Shown here: piece by piece, positions 1 through 10,072 of the stretch
Layout of the letters: every line of letters begins with the position of its first letter
How positions within the stretch are numbered: the stretch's first letter is position 1
Source of the DNA: a virus
DNA: 64,000 bases
Direction: 5' to 3' (one strand)
IMG/VR virus record: IMGVR_UViG_3300017716_002841
Coordinates: 41,317 to 105,316 of that record
The notes under the pieces: model-generated
Database searches by the model: none
What the model was told of the DNA's origin: nothing
What the model saw: only the letters and a program-made list of their open reading frames with translations
Program-made: the position numbers and the translations under genes

Positions 1-174
1 AGTATTAAATGCTAATCCTTGTACACGTAGAGTACTAAGAGTGCCTGTATTAGTACCTGTAGTAATTAACTCTACTGTTTTATATTCACCAGCACTAGAG
101 AGTGAATATGTAAGGTTTGAAGGTGTTTGTCCAAACGCTGAAAGAACTTGATTGTTAAAGCCTATAACTGCCAT
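1..174 (-). CDS. Partial Ser/Thr-rich hypothetical protein (5' end only), probably a late/virion protein
   Basis: Read manually: ATG at 174, MAVIGFNNQVLSAFGQTPSNLTYSLSSAG..., open to the window edge; AATAAATA late-type motif just upstream. Confidence 0.6.
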   Translation of the reverse strand, partial: MAVIGFNNQVLSAFGQTPSNLTYSLSSAGEYKTVELITTGTNTGTLSTLRVQGLAFNT

Positions 175-249
175 ATTAATATTTATTCCTTTAGGTAGTA
201 TTTTTGTCAAATCAGCGACTACCTGCACGACTTTCTATAAAATGTATTT

Positions 250-1188
250 TTATCGTTGATACTTTAATAGTACTTCTTTTTTGGATGAGGTTGACTTATT
301 AAAATGCGACACGGCAGCTGATGTACCTAAAACAACCCTGCTCGTTAATTTAAAACTGCTATCCATATTATCGTTTACAGCTTGCTCGTATGTATCGTTA
401 ATAACTATGCCAACTCTTGTAACGGATGGTTTAATACTACTTACTAGCATTGCGTTTATAAACCTATTATAATCCTCAATATCCTTAAACAGTTTACCGT
501 TATATCTCTCTACATTATAATATGGTGGGCATGTAAATACACAATCGTAGTCTTCTTGAGGTATAAATTTTGTACAATCATTATTATATAGAGTACACTT
601 ATAATTAATAAACTTAGCAATATTATTGCTACCCATAAACGTCTTATCCCACATATCATTATAGATATAATCAATATCAGAAAGATACGCACCTATTAGT
701 CTGTGTCCCCAACCACCACACGGGTCATATATACACGATACACCTTCTTCTTGAGTATACTTCTTTAGCCATAGGGGTGAGAAGTGTGAATAACCGGTGT
801 GTATACCTGATATCTTAAAGCCTCTTAAAATCTCACGGTCTGTTAGTGTGTCTTTATTTAGGTATTTTCTTCTATTCTCTTTCAGCTTCTGTTGTATGAT
901 CTTATCCTGCCACAATTCTCTTTCTACATCGAAAAAGTGTGGTTGAAACGTATGAACTAGACGATTCATTCCTATACTACACGTGTATTTTGCCTCACGT
1001 AACTTATATAACTCTAGCTCATGTCTGCATTGATCGTGTGTGTAAGCGTAAGTGAGATTTTTACTATCTCGCAACCACTTATAAACAGTATTTAATGATA
1101 CAATACCTTCAAATAACTCTGCACACTCTTCTACAGTATTTCTACTTGCATATTCAACTACAGCATCTCTGAGATCTTTACACTTCAT
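250..1188 (-). CDS. SAM-dependent amino-methyltransferase (probable DNA N6A/N4C MTase) with N-terminal HTH-like region
   Basis: IYDPCGGWG (motif I) and VFTCPPYY (motif IV-like); start moved to ATG 1188 (MKCKDL), overlapping the end of the upstream ORF. Confidence 0.7.
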   Translation of the reverse strand: MKCKDLRDAVVEYASRNTVEECAELFEGIVSLNTVYKWLRDSKNLTYAYTHDQCRHELELYKLREAKYTCSIGMNRLVHTFQPHFFDVERELWQDKIIQQKLKENRRKYLNKDTLTDREILRGFKISGIHTGYSHFSPLWLKKYTQEEGVSCIYDPCGGWGHRLIGAYLSDIDYIYNDMWDKTFMGSNNIAKFINYKCTLYNNDCTKFIPQEDYDCVFTCPPYYNVERYNGKLFKDIEDYNRFINAMLVSSIKPSVTRVGIVINDTYEQAVNDNMDSSFKLTSRVVLGTSAAVSHFNKSTSSKKEVLLKYQR

Positions 1189-1945
1189 ATTTTGCTTGCT
1201 TAGATAAATTATCTCTCTCCCATAGAGGTTGATAATTTGTGTGGTGACAAAGCTCTTTAAACAGATCCATATTAGAAATATCCTTAAGCATTGCAAGTGG
1301 TTTAATGTGATCTAGATGCCAGCAATGATTACCTCTACCATGATTATCCCAGGTCATACCTTCGACGAATTGACTTTCTATATGAACTCTAAATTCTTCT
1401 ATCGAACAACCAAGATACTTTATTGATGGGTGTGAGAGAGATACATCAGAATATTTTACAGCTTGTCGTACATGCTCACGTATATTACATCTTAACTTAT
1501 ATAGAGGATCCTCGCTATACTTTTTTCGAAATACCCCATTTTTTTTATCCTCTAAATACCTACTCTTTGCCTTTTTTATATAATGCGCCCTGTTATCGTG
1601 TCTGTGTTGTTTGACATTCTCATTAAGCTTTACTCGCGCCTCTGCAGTCAGTCCTTCATACCACTCCTTCCACTTCTTAGGCGTAATACCCTGCAACCTA
1701 CGGTATTCTCTATATTCTTTATTTCTCTCCTGTACCTCTTTATCGAGCTTTGTTTTTTGATGTCTCTCTTTACCTTTTTCTGATATCTTCTGCTTTACCC
1801 TTGTTGACGCGAGCCAATACCGTACATTCTCAGGCCAAACATTAAATTTTTCTTTCACAGTCCATATTCCATGCTTTTGTGCGTAAGCAATAATTTCTTG
1901 CTTCTCAGTATCAGTATACTTCTTATTACGTCTAAACTCACTCAC
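1178..1945 (-). CDS. HNH endonuclease-like protein with basic N-terminal DNA-binding region
   Basis: C-terminal WHLDHIKP...CHHTNYQPLWERDNLSK. Confidence 0.75.
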   Translation of the reverse strand: MSEFRRNKKYTDTEKQEIIAYAQKHGIWTVKEKFNVWPENVRYWLASTRVKQKISEKGKERHQKTKLDKEVQERNKEYREYRRLQGITPKKWKEWYEGLTAEARVKLNENVKQHRHDNRAHYIKKAKSRYLEDKKNGVFRKKYSEDPLYKLRCNIREHVRQAVKYSDVSLSHPSIKYLGCSIEEFRVHIESQFVEGMTWDNHGRGNHCWHLDHIKPLAMLKDISNMDLFKELCHHTNYQPLWERDNLSKQAKYEV

Positions 1946-2010
1946 TATAATATTATTTAATCAAACCGAATATATTATCAACCTAATAAAAATAATAATT
2001 ATTTAAGTAC

Positions 2011-2046
2011 AAAAGTGAACCGCAGGCGCTTCGGCACCTACGGTTC
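2011..2046 (-). terminator. Rho-independent terminator after the major capsid gene
   Basis: Minus-strand RNA GAACCGUAGGUGC-CGAA-GCGCCUGCGGUUC (13 bp, 2 G-U pairs) followed by ACUUUU. Confidence 0.8.
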
Positions 2047-2112
2047 TTAGTTTGTTGTGTTGATTCTTAGAATACCAGATCTTAATAAGCTAACTCATTA
2101 AGACTCAATAGG

Positions 2113-3585
2113 TCAAAAATAGACCGACTGATTAGCTGGTGAGAACGCAGTACCAAGACCCTGAACAATAACAACGTGGTAATAAAGATTAGCACCGAAG
2201 ATATTATCAACGACACCATAACGTGTAAGCAAGCCTACGCGTGGAGCGAAGTCATTCGGTCCGATTGTTCTTTGTACCATGATTGGAATGTATGGGCAGT
2301 AGATGATACCTGTATCATAGAATTCAGAACCCTTATACCCAAGAAGGGCATATTCGATACCAGCTGGAACTTGACCAGAATAGCCAAGGCTACCATAGGT
2401 ACCAGTGTTTTGAACTTCTGTACGTGTATCACGATATACTGTGAATCTTCCACCAACAGAGCCTACCTTGCCGATGCCAACTGGTTGAGTTGAAACGTCG
2501 CCTTGAACAGGTACCCACTGGAATTCAGGGAGCATTTCAAGGATCGCACAAACTCTAGGAGTTGCAACGATGAAGTTAGCAGCACCGCGTCTGTTACGGA
2601 CAGCGATTCTGTTTGCTTCAATGATAAGCTTTTGATAGAAGTCTCTATTTCTCTCAACGAGCCAGCGGCCGTCAGCGGAAGCAGGGGACCAGAATGAATA
2701 GTTACCACCGGTGAGGGCGGACTGAATCATTCTCATGATCATTTCACGGTCGATTTCAGCTTGAATCTCATACGACATAGCGTTTGTGATTTCAGCATCG
2801 ATATCGATACCATTCATGTTCTTAAGGTCTTGCTCAAGTTCAACGGACCAGCGAGCGCCAAGTCTACGAGTACCAGCTTCAACAGCTGTCTTCTCAAACT
2901 TGACTTCAACTTGTGGAATGTTACCCGTAATTTCAAATGCGGATAAGATCTGGGCAACGCCGCGATCTTGATCAGCAAAATCCCATACACCTGACCTACC
3001 AACTAGTGAAGATGAACTTGCACCTGTGAAGCGGGTATCAAGGAATTGATAGCCTAATTCACCTGTTGGAGTGGAACTGGAGTTGTAACCAGCATAGGTA
3101 CCGCCATTAGCGTTACCAGGATAGTTACCACCTGTACCTGTAGTAGCATTGCTACCATCGATACCGTTACCAAGGTTTTGGGATTGATACGCATAACGGA
3201 GTGCGAATGCAAGTCCTACTGGACCTGACATAGGCTGCACACCTACAATGTCGTTGGAGATTAACTCAGGGAATGTACGACGGATCATCGGGATAAGGAT
3301 TTTCGGTAAGCGAGCATCCCCAGCAGCATAGCTGTCCTTCGAGTTTGGAGAGCTAGGAGTAAATCCTGCTTGCTGTCCACCACCGAAAACACCACTATTA
3401 TTTGCTTCTTGAATACAGTATTGTTCTTGGTTCTCAAGAAGAATGGCTGTATTTAAGCGAGTTTGATCACTACCAATTGCCTTAATCGAATCGGATGAAT
3501 AGTCAAGAACTGGCGCCCACTTTTCAAGTAAGGTGTCTGCTCTATTTCTATCTACGAATGATTGTGTCGGATTAATGTTTCTCAT
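2113..3585 (-). CDS. gp23: T4-like major capsid protein
   Basis: LLEKWAPVLD, MIRRTFPELISNDIVGVQPMSGPVGLAFALRY, ELEQDLK, EIDREMI, YCPYIP, GLLTRYG; likely ATG 3585 with AAAGGA upstream. Confidence 0.97.
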   Translation of the reverse strand: MRNINPTQSFVDRNRADTLLEKWAPVLDYSSDSIKAIGSDQTRLNTAILLENQEQYCIQEANNSGVFGGGQQAGFTPSSPNSKDSYAAGDARLPKILIPMIRRTFPELISNDIVGVQPMSGPVGLAFALRYAYQSQNLGNGIDGSNATTGTGGNYPGNANGGTYAGYNSSSTPTGELGYQFLDTRFTGASSSSLVGRSGVWDFADQDRGVAQILSAFEITGNIPQVEVKFEKTAVEAGTRRLGARWSVELEQDLKNMNGIDIDAEITNAMSYEIQAEIDREMIMRMIQSALTGGNYSFWSPASADGRWLVERNRDFYQKLIIEANRIAVRNRRGAANFIVATPRVCAILEMLPEFQWVPVQGDVSTQPVGIGKVGSVGGRFTVYRDTRTEVQNTGTYGSLGYSGQVPAGIEYALLGYKGSEFYDTGIIYCPYIPIMVQRTIGPNDFAPRVGLLTRYGVVDNIFGANLYYHVVIVQGLGTAFSPANQSVYF

Positions 3586-3662
3586 ATTGTTTAATTTTCC
3601 TTTCAAAAATAACTCAGGTCAAGAGGACCTCATTGTTAAGGGTTAAAGATTCTTATATAATA

Positions 3663-4517
3663 TTATTTATACCTTTGTAACTCAGAAAGGTATGGATTTC
3701 CGGAACTTTTTCCTTTTTGTTGTACCGCTTCTTTAATAATAGGTACATCTGCTTTAACGTGTCTATCAACAAAGGCTTCTTCCTTGATAACGTTAATATG
3801 TTCTTTTTCCTTTTTCTCAAAAAGTCTGACTGTATAATCATAGTTTTCTTCGATAAAGGTTGGAGATTTGTCGCCTAATACACGTTTAATGTATTCTCTC
3901 TTTCTATCAGAGAGACCCGCAGACTTAGTTTCGAGTAATAGAGCAGATTTTGTCTTGCGATAGCTTTCTTTAATAAGAGTATTTTCTTTAGAAAGATCAG
4001 CAACTTGCTTTGTAAGTGTATCAATTTGATTCTTACCATCTACAACAGCGCCTTGAACCGATTCACTCATTAGAGCGGAATCAATTGCTAGGACTTTGCG
4101 TAGGTTGCTAAGAACTTCACGTGCTGTTCTATTTTTGGTAGCTTCGTTGATAGCTTCTGTCGGAATAGCTTCATCAAGAAATTCTTCTAAGTAATTAGAA
4201 ATAGCTTCTGTAAGCGTAGACTTAAATTTCTTTGCTTCTGTTGTAATTTCACTCTCGTACTTTTTAACAACTTTAACAAGCTTTCCAGCATTGTTCTTAT
4301 CAACAGCCTCTACAACTCTCTTTAATTTAGTTGTATGATCCTTGTCAATAGCATTAATAAGTTGTTCAAGTTTCTTAGAATAAAGATCGTCCTGTTCAGT
4401 AAGAGCAGCTTCAACAGTTAATTGAAGTTTCTTACTGAAAGCACTCTCAATAACTTGTAGTGATTCTTCAGAGAGAATCTGCGTTGCTTCGTCGGGTAGT
4501 ATATTCTTAACTTTCAT
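3663..4517 (-). CDS. gp22: Prohead core scaffold protein
   Basis: Coiled-coil Glu/Lys-rich protein directly upstream of gp23; ISNYLEEFLDE; many (I/L)xE sites. Confidence 0.8.
   Translation of the reverse strand: MKVKNILPDEATQILSEESLQVIESAFSKKLQLTVEAALTEQDDLYSKKLEQLINAIDKDHTTKLKRVVEAVDKNNAGKLVKVVKKYESEITTEAKKFKSTLTEAISNYLEEFLDEAIPTEAINEATKNRTAREVLSNLRKVLAIDSALMSESVQGAVVDGKNQIDTLTKQVADLSKENTLIKESYRKTKSALLLETKSAGLSDRKREYIKRVLGDKSPTFIEENYDYTVRLFEKKEKEHINVIKEEAFVDRHVKADVPIIKEAVQQKGKSSGNPYLSELQRYK
3664..3671 (-). promoter_or_regulatory. T4-type late promoter TATAAATA for gp23
   Basis: Exact TATAAATA overlapping the gp22 stop; leader contains AGGTC-N5-GACCT hairpin. Confidence 0.7.
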
Positions 4518-4518
4518 A

Positions 4519-4815
4519 TTAGAAGAGTGGTTCATTTAAGGATGCGCTAATTCTAGCTTGAAGTTTGGCTTCAATTACATCCTTTAAATATTTATTAGCT
4601 TGTGCGTAGTTTTTTGTGGAAATTGCAGTTATAAAGTTACTAATATTTTTAGACTCTGTAATTGGCTTTTTAATATCAGACACTTCTTTAGACTTGGATG
4701 TCTTTTTTCCTTTAGCTTTTTTAATAGCTTTAGACCTTACACCTTTATACTCTTGGTCAGGTGCCTCTATCTCACCGTCTTTATCGTAATCCTTTTTAGC
4801 TAGTTTATTTGCCAT
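4519..4815 (-). CDS. Small prohead core protein (gp67/gp68-like)
   Basis: Between gp21 and gp22; NFITAISTKNYAQANKYLKDVIEAKL; TATAAATA 5 nt upstream. Confidence 0.5.
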   Translation of the reverse strand: MANKLAKKDYDKDGEIEAPDQEYKGVRSKAIKKAKGKKTSKSKEVSDIKKPITESKNISNFITAISTKNYAQANKYLKDVIEAKLQARISASLNEPLF

Positions 4816-4823
4816 ATTATTAT

Positions 4824-5489
4824 TTATATAGATTGTATAAATTTTAAGATCTGTTCTCTAAGGAAAAACTCCACATCTTTACGTGGTAGTTTAGATATTG
4901 ACCTTTCAAAGCTTTCATAGACTTCTTCATACTTACCGTTTGTAGCTACAACCCATTGTTTAGATTCTAAAATGCCATTAACAAACGCTTTTGGAAATGA
5001 AGGATCAGCCACACAGTCAACAGCAACAAGTTTAAGATTTCTAACTGTATTGTGAGTTGATCCTTCTTCAAGTGTGCCTAGCGCTCTAGATGACATACCA
5101 ACTTTTACACCATCATTGATAAGAGACTTAACAATAAGTCCACAAGGTGTGGAAAGTACCTTTGATTTACCGAAGAATACATTATTATCTTCATACATTT
5201 CCGTTACCATATGACAGGCACGTTCTAGATCAACATCTGCTGTCGTAGGGTGATTAAGCTCTCCCATGGCTCTACCCGGTTTGATCATTTCCTCATTATA
5301 ACGATGCACCTCTTGGCGTAATTCATCAATTGGATATAAGCGCTTATTCTTATTAACGCCTTCCGCCATCATATAAGGACCCTTAATAAATAAGGTGGAA
5401 GGTGCATTTCTATTGCTTTCTTCGACAACATATTCAAATTGATCGTCAAGCGCTGGTTTTTCTACTAATAGATTAAGCTTTAATGCCAT
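4824..5489 (-). CDS. gp21: Prohead protease
   Basis: NKNKRLYP, AMGELNHP, GVKVGMSSRALGTL, VDCVADPS; start refined to ATG 5489. Confidence 0.95.
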   Translation of the reverse strand: MALKLNLLVEKPALDDQFEYVVEESNRNAPSTLFIKGPYMMAEGVNKNKRLYPIDELRQEVHRYNEEMIKPGRAMGELNHPTTADVDLERACHMVTEMYEDNNVFFGKSKVLSTPCGLIVKSLINDGVKVGMSSRALGTLEEGSTHNTVRNLKLVAVDCVADPSFPKAFVNGILESKQWVVATNGKYEEVYESFERSISKLPRKDVEFFLREQILKFIQSI

Positions 5490-5521
5490 ATCTATATTTA
5501 TGCTAGTACTAATATAATCTA

Positions 5522-5953
5522 TCAAATAAGGTGCTTTTCAGTAAGGATTAAAAAATCAAATCCTTTCTTTTTACAAAATTCCTTTGCCGCGTTCCATTTA
5601 GCTTGATTGATAACCCATGCAGATTGTTCATAAATAAGATGTTCTTTATTTTTATACTTCGTTTTAGGTGCCTGCGTCTGTTTAGAAGGCTTTATTTCAA
5701 TTAGATAATGCTTTATAGTGTTATCTTCTTTTATAGAAACAAAATTATCTACAAAGTATCTATGTACTCTACCATCTAAAGGACTAAGATAAGGTATAAC
5801 AATATTTTCACTTCCCCATTTTATAACATTAGGATTATTGTCACAAAAGCGCATAAACTTAAGCTCTAGACCTGATCTATATATAGCACAAGAACCTATA
5901 AACTTATCTTTATTAATAGGTGTAAACTTACCTTGTCTGTATTTAGAATTCAT
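5522..5953 (-). CDS. gp4: Head completion nuclease (TnsA-like)
   Basis: YRSGLELKFMRFCD, WGSE, HRYFVDNF, IEIKP, NQAKWNAA. Confidence 0.9.
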   Translation of the reverse strand: MNSKYRQGKFTPINKDKFIGSCAIYRSGLELKFMRFCDNNPNVIKWGSENIVIPYLSPLDGRVHRYFVDNFVSIKEDNTIKHYLIEIKPSKQTQAPKTKYKNKEHLIYEQSAWVINQAKWNAAKEFCKKKGFDFLILTEKHLI

Positions 5954-5967
5954 TACCTCGTAAAGTC

Positions 5968-7107
5968 TTAACCTACAAAGAACATAGGCGGGTCGTTATC
6001 TCCTTGATTACCTTCCATTAATCGCAATTCTAAATCTCTCTTACGTTGCGTACCCTCACTTAAAAGATCTGAATAATTAAGTGTACCTCCTCCTAATAAG
6101 CTAACTCCGGAGAACTTACCCCTTACATAGCTTAAGGTTATCATCGTTAGAGCGAGCGCATATTCATATACCCATTGTTCTTTAATTAGATCTCTAACAG
6201 GTCTTTCAAGCCAGCACGCTAGTACACCATAAAATCTACTTGCACCGGGTTGTGGATACATTTGTAGATATTGCGTTCTTTCATCAAATTTTATATCTCT
6301 TTTAGTAGCAAGTACCTTTTCACGTGTTTCCATCCATTCCTTCATCGTATACCACGAAACAAGATCAAATCCATAATTACCTAACGCGTAACTAAAATAT
6401 GTTTGCTGCGCTAAAGTTTGTTCAAGAGTAAACAAAGTATTTATACCTTGATTTGATCCTTCTTCAAACTCCACAACAGACATTACCTTTCTATAATCCA
6501 TTGCATCATAGTCAAATACGTTTGAGTATTCAGTTGCAGTAGCGTCTTGTGATTGAATTGATACGACTTTAGTTTGTGATTGCTTAAAAATAGATGATAA
6601 ATTAATATTAAATGATGTTAGCTTTGAGTATAGTGATGCATCAACTGTTTCAAACTCAGTTAAACCCTCTGTAAATATACCTGATAATTCTACAGACGTC
6701 GTAAAGTAGCTACTAATAAGAGAAGATGTAGATATATAAATAGACGAAGGTGTTTCAATAGTAAAGTCAGACCCCGTCCATTTGGGCTTATTTGATATTT
6801 TTTGCGTATCTGTTATACCTGCTTTAGATAGAGTATATAAATGATCAAGTCTAACACCCTTATTTTTTTCGTAGATTTGAGAATCAAATATTAAAAACTC
6901 TTTTGTATACCCTGCATATTTTGAAAAATACTCAATAGCGATTTGAATATTTTGAAATAGCTGATCTTGATGTATTTCAAGCGAAATTAATGGATAGCCG
7001 AGTGATCGTTTAATACGATCACCTAGATCTCCAAACGTTTGTAATCGATTATTTAAATTGGTGGATTGAAACGCAGATACATTTAAAACTTCACAAGCTA
7101 ATGACAT
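5968..7107 (-). CDS. gp13: Neck protein with Ser/Thr-rich insertion
   Basis: IKRSLGYPLISLEI...AIEYF; WVYEYALAL, GKFSGVSLLGGGTLN, PPMFFVG end. Confidence 0.85.
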   Translation of the reverse strand: MSLACEVLNVSAFQSTNLNNRLQTFGDLGDRIKRSLGYPLISLEIHQDQLFQNIQIAIEYFSKYAGYTKEFLIFDSQIYEKNKGVRLDHLYTLSKAGITDTQKISNKPKWTGSDFTIETPSSIYISTSSLISSYFTTSVELSGIFTEGLTEFETVDASLYSKLTSFNINLSSIFKQSQTKVVSIQSQDATATEYSNVFDYDAMDYRKVMSVVEFEEGSNQGINTLFTLEQTLAQQTYFSYALGNYGFDLVSWYTMKEWMETREKVLATKRDIKFDERTQYLQMYPQPGASRFYGVLACWLERPVRDLIKEQWVYEYALALTMITLSYVRGKFSGVSLLGGGTLNYSDLLSEGTQRKRDLELRLMEGNQGDNDPPMFFVG

Positions 7108-7124
7108 ATTATTATTTAATAAAG

Positions 7125-8933
7125 TTAAGCAGCTGGTGCCGTTGTTTCTGGAGCCGGTGTCGCTTCACCGCCTGCTGGTTCTGCTGCTGGTCCTCCTGTA
7201 AACGTAGGTGGCGGACCGCCAGGACCTACACCGGTGCCACCGCCAGGTCCTCCCATACCGCCTTCCATACCACCTTCCATACCTGTACCTGCGCCGAGAT
7301 CCGCGGCGATGACTTGCTCTCTCCAGGCTGGACCTGCTGTTGTTATTTGTGCTAACTCCCATTGAAGTTCTGCATCCTTACGTAAAAACTCTCTATTAGC
7401 TAAAATATCCACATCCTTCCAGCCTAGATACTTTTTCTGAGCGTATGTCTTAGATACAAACTCACTGGATGTAACAGTATTATAACCTTCAACTTTAAGA
7501 CTAAGTCGTTGACTTTCACGCATTTCGTAAAAGTTAGTTGGTACGTTAAATTTAATCTCTATTTGTGTTTCATTTAGGTCATACTTTTCCCACAAACCTT
7601 TTAGTCGTAAATGCGTAACAAAAGCTTTTTCTATACCAGCAGCGAATCGTTGCTGTTGTCTGATTACAAACTTAGCAAATTTTAATTCTTCGCGTAGTAT
7701 TTCTGAACCATCTTTAAATCCATCTTGTGGATCTAATCGAGCCGCTGGAACCTTCAACGACCTATAAAGCTTTTTAATAAAGTACATTAAATCAGCTAAT
7801 TCGCCAAGATTTTGACCGCCTTGAAGCTGACTTACCGAAGATCCTTCAGAACCTTGTCTCTTTGGAAACCAAAAAGCATCAAGCATGGATTGAGGGTTAA
7901 ATTTCTTTACTACGTCTGCCTGATCTACATCAAATGTCTTACTTGACCAGTAGTTAGCAATAAGCTTCTTTAGATAAGCTTCCGCTTTCGGTGCAGGCAT
8001 ATTACCTACATCAACATTGAATACAAGACGTTCTGGTGCTCTTACTAATCTATAGATAACTATAGCATCTTCAATTAGAGAGAGTTGCCTATACGCACGG
8101 CGTGCATTTTCAAGAAATGGCATTATCATCGTCTTAGACTCATTCATAACACCAGAATTTACATAAAGTACTTGATTTTGATCAAGAGGTATATGCTCTA
8201 TTTTTTCTTGTTTACTAGGATGATTTGGATCAAATACAGGCTTTCTGTATATATACCCCTTAACAATCATATTCTGAATGTTATTATAAACTGGATCAAT
8301 AAGTTCGGATGGTAGGTTAATAATTCCAAGAATACCTTCATCAGTATAATCCTTATGAATAATAAGCTCAAAAAATACTTCACCTTCAACTAATAACTGC
8401 CGAAAATATTGCCAACCTTTATTTTTAAAGTCAAAATATTCTATAAATTTTTCAAATTCTTTATCTATATTGGCTTTATCTTTTACAGCTAAATCTGTAT
8501 TTTTATAACTAATAATAACCTCACTACCATTCTCATCGGTGTTGATCATTTCGTCGCAAATTTCATCCAATGCGTCAGCTACATCAGAATACGCAGCCAT
8601 AACTCTATAATCTCTTAGTCTAGGACCTTTATTCTCTTGAATATTAGCATACATCACTTGACCGAAGGATGTATCTTTGCCCATAGATCCAATAGCTAAG
8701 TTATTAAATTCATTTGAACTAGATATTGAGTGTTTAGCAAGTACTTCTGAACGCTTTAGACCAGACTCGGCAAATGTTTTATATTTAGGGTTAAGATTAT
8801 TATTTTCTGTATCTATAATATTTGAATATGGCAGCTTATTCTGAACATACGCCATTAAATCTCGTCCAAATGTAGATGTTCTACCATCATTTGAAGTGTA
8901 ATTTCTATTTTGATTCGAAGTTGTATCAGCCAT
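7125..8933 (-). CDS. gp20: Portal protein with Gly/Pro-rich C-terminal tail
   Basis: QLSLIEDAIVIYRLVRAPERLVFNVDVGNMPAPKAEAY, LQGGQNLGEL, ILREELKFAKF. Confidence 0.97.
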   Translation of the reverse strand: MADTTSNQNRNYTSNDGRTSTFGRDLMAYVQNKLPYSNIIDTENNNLNPKYKTFAESGLKRSEVLAKHSISSSNEFNNLAIGSMGKDTSFGQVMYANIQENKGPRLRDYRVMAAYSDVADALDEICDEMINTDENGSEVIISYKNTDLAVKDKANIDKEFEKFIEYFDFKNKGWQYFRQLLVEGEVFFELIIHKDYTDEGILGIINLPSELIDPVYNNIQNMIVKGYIYRKPVFDPNHPSKQEKIEHIPLDQNQVLYVNSGVMNESKTMIMPFLENARRAYRQLSLIEDAIVIYRLVRAPERLVFNVDVGNMPAPKAEAYLKKLIANYWSSKTFDVDQADVVKKFNPQSMLDAFWFPKRQGSEGSSVSQLQGGQNLGELADLMYFIKKLYRSLKVPAARLDPQDGFKDGSEILREELKFAKFVIRQQQRFAAGIEKAFVTHLRLKGLWEKYDLNETQIEIKFNVPTNFYEMRESQRLSLKVEGYNTVTSSEFVSKTYAQKKYLGWKDVDILANREFLRKDAELQWELAQITTAGPAWREQVIAADLGAGTGMEGGMEGGMGGPGGGTGVGPGGPPPTFTGGPAAEPAGGEATPAPETTAPAA

Positions 8934-8943
8934 CTACGTATAT

Positions 8944-10059
8944 TTATACAACACTAAGAGCATAGCCATTACTAGTACCTGCCCAACCCGCACTATTTGA
9001 AGTTATAAAGGTAAATGTACCTAATGTTGAGAGTGTACTTACTGCAAGTGTTATCGTAGCCATATTATCACTTAAAACATTATACTGACTTTTATCTAAT
9101 TCATAAGCACTTATAACTGGCGATTTAGCAGTTTTTATAGCTTTATAGTTAGAGTAAAAATCAGTAACATTACTACTCAGATAAAAGCTATTACTATATT
9201 TAAACCGTTTTCCATATATTAAAAAGTTATTTAATTTATTCTTCTTAATAGTTATAGGGTCTTTTATAATAGTTGTTGTATTATTTGTTGTGTATAATAA
9301 ATTTGTTATAGTAGGTACACCTGAAACGGTTACTGTTTCTGTAAAATCACTAGCCATATTAATAGAACTTAAAATATTAAAATTATCTAATGTTAATATT
9401 TTTTTATTAATATCGATATTATAAAAGTTGGAATCAACTTTATATATTATACCTACTTTGTCTGTTTCTCTAAACAACCAACCTTTGATTATAAATGATG
9501 TATCAACGACCACTCTAAACTTATCAGCAAATGTTGTATCTGTTGGTGTTGTGTATGAAAGAGTTTCATTCCAAAGTACTTCGGATCGGATCTCTGTTGT
9601 ATTAGCTAGTTTATAAGACTCGGGAAGCTGCCATGATAGAATTATATAAGGATTTGCGTATGGAACAAAATTAGATATAATTTGATCCATATCACTCATA
9701 TACCGCGTCATTATGGACATGTTAACCACAATATTAATAGGTACAGGAGCAGGTACCTTAACAGCTTTTTGACCATACTCTTTTGACGTTAGGTAGGTAG
9801 CTTCTATCTTACTAAATACACGTGAACTATCTCTCGATATAGAAGCAATATCAACAGCTACTACAGGTAGAGTTATGTTTTGCGCTTTATTTACGATATC
9901 GTACATTACTCTCTGCTTTGGAGCAAAGACATATCTCACTTCAATATTTTCTTTTACATCGCGGTTATTATTAAAGCGTGATATTACTGTATCGTCAAAG
10001 GCCGCAATAAATTGAGTTATTAAGTCTTTAACTTCCCAAAAATACGATCGATTATTCAC
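8944..10059 (-). CDS. gp15: Tail sheath stabiliser/terminator with C-terminal beta-rich extension
   Basis: FIAAFDD, YVFAPKQR, ITLPVVA, PVPINI, DQIISNFVPYANP, IKGWLF. Confidence 0.75.
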   Translation of the reverse strand: MNNRSYFWEVKDLITQFIAAFDDTVISRFNNNRDVKENIEVRYVFAPKQRVMYDIVNKAQNITLPVVAVDIASISRDSSRVFSKIEATYLTSKEYGQKAVKVPAPVPINIVVNMSIMTRYMSDMDQIISNFVPYANPYIILSWQLPESYKLANTTEIRSEVLWNETLSYTTPTDTTFADKFRVVVDTSFIIKGWLFRETDKVGIIYKVDSNFYNIDINKKILTLDNFNILSSINMASDFTETVTVSGVPTITNLLYTTNNTTTIIKDPITIKKNKLNNFLIYGKRFKYSNSFYLSSNVTDFYSNYKAIKTAKSPVISAYELDKSQYNVLSDNMATITLAVSTLSTLGTFTFITSNSAGWAGTSNGYALSVV

Positions 10060-10072
10060 ATACGTATTTAGT

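Noticed and set aside
193-224. AGGTAGT...ACTACCT inverted repeat
   Set aside because: Only 7 bp with an 18-nt loop and no clear U tract; could be chance
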